DNA of 64,000 nucleotides from Chloroflexota bacterium (GTDB lineage Bacteria; Chloroflexota; UBA11872; VXNJ01): the NCBI GenBank assembly GCA_965261345.1, contig OZ253449.1, forward strand, positions 2,080,001-2,144,000, given 5' to 3'. The position numbers and the translations under genes are program-made. The notes beneath the pieces are model-generated. The model saw only the letters and a list, made by a program, of their open reading frames with translations. It was not told the DNA's origin and did no database searches. This document shows positions 60,304 through 64,000 of the stretch, piece after piece (position 1 is the stretch's first letter; the number at the start of each line of letters is the position of its first letter).

Positions 60304-62181
60304 ATGGCCCGTCGCCGAGCCCGCCGCCGCCCACCGCCCCGCCGCCGGCCGCCGATCCGGCGGCCGGCGGCGGGCGGCAGCGAGCGCACGGAAACATTCG
60401 TCGCCGTAAGTGACCGACCAGAAAGGGTAACCATTCCGGCCACGATTACGGTGTCCGACCTAGCCGAGCAGATTAATATGTCCGGCCCCGAATTGGTCGG
60501 TGAGCTATTCAAGCAGGGCATTTCAGCCAACATCAACGCCCCGCTCGATTTTGAAACCGCCAGCCTGATGCTCTCCGACTTGAACGTGGAAGCGGACCTG
60601 GAGGAATCGGAGGCGCCGGATCCACAAATTGCGATAGATGACATCCCTGAACCAGAGGGTGAGATCGGCCCACGGCCGCCGGTGGTGACGGTGATGGGGC
60701 ATGTCGATCACGGCAAGACCACGCTGCTTGACTACATCCGTCAATCGGACGTGGCCAACCGCGAAGCCGGCGGGATAACCCAGAGCATCGGCGCTTACCA
60801 AGTTGACGTAGCCGGTCGCTCGGTAACGTTCATCGACACGCCGGGGCATGCGGCGTTTACAAAGATGCGGGCCCGCGGGGCCGGGGTTACCGACATCGTG
60901 GTGTTGGTGGTGGCTGCCGATGACGGCGTGATGCCGCAGACACGGGATGCCCTCGGCCATGCTAAGGCCGCGCCCGGGGTCAAGATCATCGTGGCCCTCA
61001 ACAAGATCGATCTGGAGTCGTCCAATCCGATGCGCGCGCTCAGCGAATTGGCAACCGCCGGTTTGCAGGTGGAACAGATGGGTGGCGACATCACCAGCGT
61101 CGAGGTCTCGGCCCTAACTGGCCGCGGCGTCGACGAATTGCTTGAGTTGATACTGTTGACCGCCGACCTAGAGCCGCCGCAAGCCCGCATCACCGGGCCG
61201 GCCCGGGCGACGGTATTGGAAACGCGACTGGATCGCTCGCTCGGTCCGGTGGCCACCGCCCTAATCTCGGAGGGGCAGCTGAAGGTTGGCGACCCGTTCG
61301 TGCTCGAATCCAATCCCGGTAAAGTCCGGGTACTGGTGGATCCGCGCGGGCAGCGGATTAGCTGTGCCGGCCCGTCCATGGCGGTCGAGGTGATCGGGAT
61401 CAAGGAAACGCCGATCCCAGGCAGCGTGCTCTATGGGGTTGATTCAGACAAGCAGGCGCGATCGATCGCGGCAATTCGCAAGGGCCTGTCCGATCGGGCC
61501 CGGGCCCGCAATTCGCTGGCCAGCCAAATGAGTCTGGAGCAATTGGCGCAACAGTTGACCCAGGGCCGTGTACAGCAGGTCGATTTGGTTATCAAAGCTG
61601 ACACCGAGGGCGCGGCGCAGGCGACCGTGCAGGCGGTTGAGTCCCTTTCTACCAAATCGATCCGGGTCAATGTGGTTTTCCACGGAGTGGGCGCCATTAC
61701 CGAGAACGACATCAACCTAGCTACCGCAGCGTCCGCCATCGTGTTGGGGTTCGGGGTTCAACCCAGTGCCAACGCAGCGGTCCTGGCCGACCAGAACGGT
61801 GTCCAGATCCGGCACTATTCGATCATCTACGATCTAATCGACGATGTCGAAAAGACCCTTGCCGGGCGGTTTGAACCCGAAATCGTCGAGGTGATCGATG
61901 GGCGCCTGGAAGTTCTCGGTGTTTTCCGAACCGAACGCGCGCTCAAAATATTTGGTGGCCGGGTGACCGAGGGCCGGCTCGCAACCAATCTGCAGGTTCG
62001 CCATTTCCGTGAGCAGGAACTGATCCAAACCGGCACGATTGCGGCGATGCAACGATTCCAGGATCGCGTCACCGAGGTAAACGCCGGTTTTGAATGCGGA
62101 CTCTCGGCCAACCTGCGCCGGGTGGTGCGCGAGGGAGACATCATCGAGGCGTTTCACAGCGAGGAACGCCTGCCGGGTTAA
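60304..62181 (+). CDS. infB: Translation initiation factor IF-2
   Basis: RPPVVTVMGHVDHGKTT, AGGITQ, DTPGH, NKID and GFECG. Confidence 0.96.
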   Translation: MARRRARRRPPPRRRPPIRRPAAGGSERTETFVAVSDRPERVTIPATITVSDLAEQINMSGPELVGELFKQGISANINAPLDFETASLMLSDLNVEADLEESEAPDPQIAIDDIPEPEGEIGPRPPVVTVMGHVDHGKTTLLDYIRQSDVANREAGGITQSIGAYQVDVAGRSVTFIDTPGHAAFTKMRARGAGVTDIVVLVVAADDGVMPQTRDALGHAKAAPGVKIIVALNKIDLESSNPMRALSELATAGLQVEQMGGDITSVEVSALTGRGVDELLELILLTADLEPPQARITGPARATVLETRLDRSLGPVATALISEGQLKVGDPFVLESNPGKVRVLVDPRGQRISCAGPSMAVEVIGIKETPIPGSVLYGVDSDKQARSIAAIRKGLSDRARARNSLASQMSLEQLAQQLTQGRVQQVDLVIKADTEGAAQATVQAVESLSTKSIRVNVVFHGVGAITENDINLATAASAIVLGFGVQPSANAAVLADQNGVQIRHYSIIYDLIDDVEKTLAGRFEPEIVEVIDGRLEVLGVFRTERALKIFGGRVTEGRLATNLQVRHFREQELIQTGTIAAMQRFQDRVTEVNAGFECGLSANLRRVVREGDIIEAFHSEERLPG

Positions 62182-62197
62182 CCGCCAGCCACCGGGC

Positions 62198-62578
62198 ATG
62201 TCCTACCGACCGGCAAAAATTGCCTCGCAACTCTCTCGCGAACTGGGCCTGATCCTTGCCCGGGAGGTAAGCGATCCGCGACTCGCCAAGGTTGTGATCA
62301 CGCAGGTGACGGTGTCGACCGATCTAAAACACGCGCGAATTCTCTATGGCGCCCCGGGTGAACTTGCCGACTTGGATGGCCTGCCTCAGGCGATGGCCAA
62401 GGCATCCGGCTACTTGCGCTTCAAACTGGCCCGGGTCCTGCGGATCAGGATGGTCCCCGAGCTCGACTTTCGTCTCGACCGAGGCTACTGGGCCGGGATG
62501 GATGTGCTGGAATTGATCTCCAAACTGGAACGCGACGCCAATCCCTTAAGGACCGCGGACCCTGACGGGGGCGATTGA
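62198..62578 (+). CDS. rbfA: Ribosome-binding factor A
   Basis: DPRL..V.IT.V.VSTDL, ASGYLR and RMVPELDF. Start at ATG 62198. Confidence 0.92.
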   Translation: MSYRPAKIASQLSRELGLILAREVSDPRLAKVVITQVTVSTDLKHARILYGAPGELADLDGLPQAMAKASGYLRFKLARVLRIRMVPELDFRLDRGYWAGMDVLELISKLERDANPLRTADPDGGD

Positions 62579-62582
62579 GGCA

Positions 62583-63527
62583 ATGCCGGCAAGCGGGCTG
62601 GTCGTGCCGATATACAAGGCGCGCGGTATGGGCTCCACCAGCGTAGTGGCGCAGCTCAAACGGGCCGGAAAATTTCCCAAGATCGGCCATGGCGGCACGC
62701 TTGATCCTCTCGCCGAGGGCGTACTGCCGATTTTGATCGGGCCGGCCGCGCGCCTGACTGACCAGCTGCACGAACTGACCAAATCCTATTTGGCGGCAGT
62801 TCTATTCGGGGTCGCCACCACCACCGAGGACCTGGCCGGCGAAGTCATTTCCAGCAGCCCGCAAACCCCGGCTCCCTACCAGGTTCGCAACGCCCTGAAC
62901 CAATTTGGCGGGACGATCCAGCAAATCCCGTCGGCCTATTCGGCGATCCATGTCAATGGCCGCCGGGCTCACCAATTGGCCCGGGCCGGCCAGGCGGTGC
63001 AGATACCGCCGCGAACGATCGAGATATTCGCTATTGGTGCCCGTGAATTTGCGGTTTGGTCAAATGCGCAGTTGGCTGCCTGTGGTCTAGGCGGACTGAT
63101 CGGTTCCCGCTCCGGGCGCCTGCTGGCGCTAATTGAAGTTGAGTGCTCCAAGGGGACCTACATCCGGGCGCTGGCCCGCGATTTGGGACAGGTCGTTGGA
63201 ACCGGCGCGGTGTTGGTTGGACTGCTGCGTACCCGGGTGGGGCCACTGGCGGCCAGCGATTGCCTTTCGCTGGCGCAGGCAAAAATCCTGGCCGCGCAGG
63301 GGGCGCTTCACGATGCCGGTTTCGCCGCGGACCGGTTGCTTGGCGATGTTGCCCCGCTGATCCTGCCCGCCCAGTCGGCCTACCGCTTTAGCAACGGGGT
63401 CCGGTTCACAGTCGACCACGCCCCGGGCCGGGTAAGGGTTTACAGCGATGACGGGCAATTCCTGGGCCTCGGCCAGATCGGCGAGGATCGCCGGCTGCGC
63501 CCGTGGCGGGTATTGGCGGCAGCCTAG
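62583..63527 (+). CDS. truB: tRNA pseudouridine(55) synthase
   Basis: KIGHGGTLDPLAEG, QIPSAYSA, CSKGTYIR and LLRTRVG. Confidence 0.94.
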   Translation: MPASGLVVPIYKARGMGSTSVVAQLKRAGKFPKIGHGGTLDPLAEGVLPILIGPAARLTDQLHELTKSYLAAVLFGVATTTEDLAGEVISSSPQTPAPYQVRNALNQFGGTIQQIPSAYSAIHVNGRRAHQLARAGQAVQIPPRTIEIFAIGAREFAVWSNAQLAACGLGGLIGSRSGRLLALIEVECSKGTYIRALARDLGQVVGTGAVLVGLLRTRVGPLAASDCLSLAQAKILAAQGALHDAGFAADRLLGDVAPLILPAQSAYRFSNGVRFTVDHAPGRVRVYSDDGQFLGLGQIGEDRRLRPWRVLAAA

Positions 63528-63530
63528 AAA

Positions 63531-64000
63531 TTGCCAGACGCCGATGTCCTGGGCAAAACCGACCCGCTGCCGCCAAACCGTGGACTGGCGATTGCCGTCG
63601 GAAAGTTTGACGGGGTTCATCTGGGCCACCGCCAAATGCTGGCGGCGCTGCGGCGATTGGCCCGGCAGCACGGTCTTGATAGTTTGGCGATCGTGTTGGA
63701 CCCTCATCCGCTGGCGGTGCTATCTCCCGGGAATCAACCGAGCGCGATAAATTGTCCGGCCGATCGCCTCCTCCTGCTGGCCAGCCTGGACCTTGACTAT
63801 GTCAAATTGATGGAATTTGATGCACGGCTGGCCGCCAAATCAGCTCGCGACTTCATCGCCGAATTGACCGGTGCCGGGCTCAAATTGCTAGTTGCCGGAG
63901 CCAACACCCGGATCGGCCGAGCCGGCGCCGCCGGGCCCGAGCAGATCCGGGAAATCTGCCAGGAATTTGGCGTAGCGCTCGCGGTGGTGCCGATCGTGAG
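63531..64000 (+). CDS. ribF: Riboflavin kinase/FAD synthetase, 3'-truncated by the window edge
   Basis: Not in the ORF track. Translating from TTG 63531 gives AIAVGKFDGVHLGHRQM...LDPHP. Canonical position after truB. Confidence 0.9.
   Translation, partial: MPDADVLGKTDPLPPNRGLAIAVGKFDGVHLGHRQMLAALRRLARQHGLDSLAIVLDPHPLAVLSPGNQPSAINCPADRLLLLASLDLDYVKLMEFDARLAAKSARDFIAELTGAGLKLLVAGANTRIGRAGAAGPEQIREICQEFGVALAVVPIV

Noticed and set aside
60304-60380. GCC/CCG-rich repeat at the start of infB
   Set aside because: Low-complexity Arg/Pro coding sequence of the variable IF-2 N-terminus, not a repeat element.

Overview
A GC-rich (about 60-65% by eye) bacterial chromosomal segment with about 60 genes. 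It is probably Chloroflexota; this is inferred from a Tat L,D-transpeptidase with YxPxTGH-type N-terminal repeats, the DapL lysine route, and paralog-rich sulfatase/PhyH/TPP/HpcH content like that of marine and sponge Chloroflexota. Core blocks are LDT-phoB-phoR-pstSCAB-phoU, gcvT-H-PA-PB-dinB-DUF2779, fchA-folD, miaA-dapF-dapL-hflX, a stand-alone Xer-type recombinase, and nusA-infB-rbfA-truB-ribF. These are interleaved with catabolic genes: four Cys-type sulfatases, a split aconitase X, a GH140-like hydrolase, a TPP enzyme, an HpcH aldolase, an FAH-family enzyme and PdxA. No CRISPR array, prophage or transposase was seen. The most notable observations are: (1) a 28-bp AT-rich dif-like site directly abutting the start codon of the Xer gene; (2) a tRNA-Arg with the GCG anticodon, uncommon in bacteria, which also contains the upstream gene's stop codon; (3) a split AcnX with altered catalytic and cluster motifs, in an apparent operon with a sulfatase; (4) a FolD lacking cyclohydrolase residues, paired with FchA; (5) a SAM hydrolase/halogenase-family protein with His replaced by Glu; (6) a Cas4-like/DUF2779 nuclease next to dinB; (7) a probable CTG start for hflX; (8) two interrupted genes, one carrying a discrete 66-bp insert. 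All family calls come from motif recognition, not database searches.
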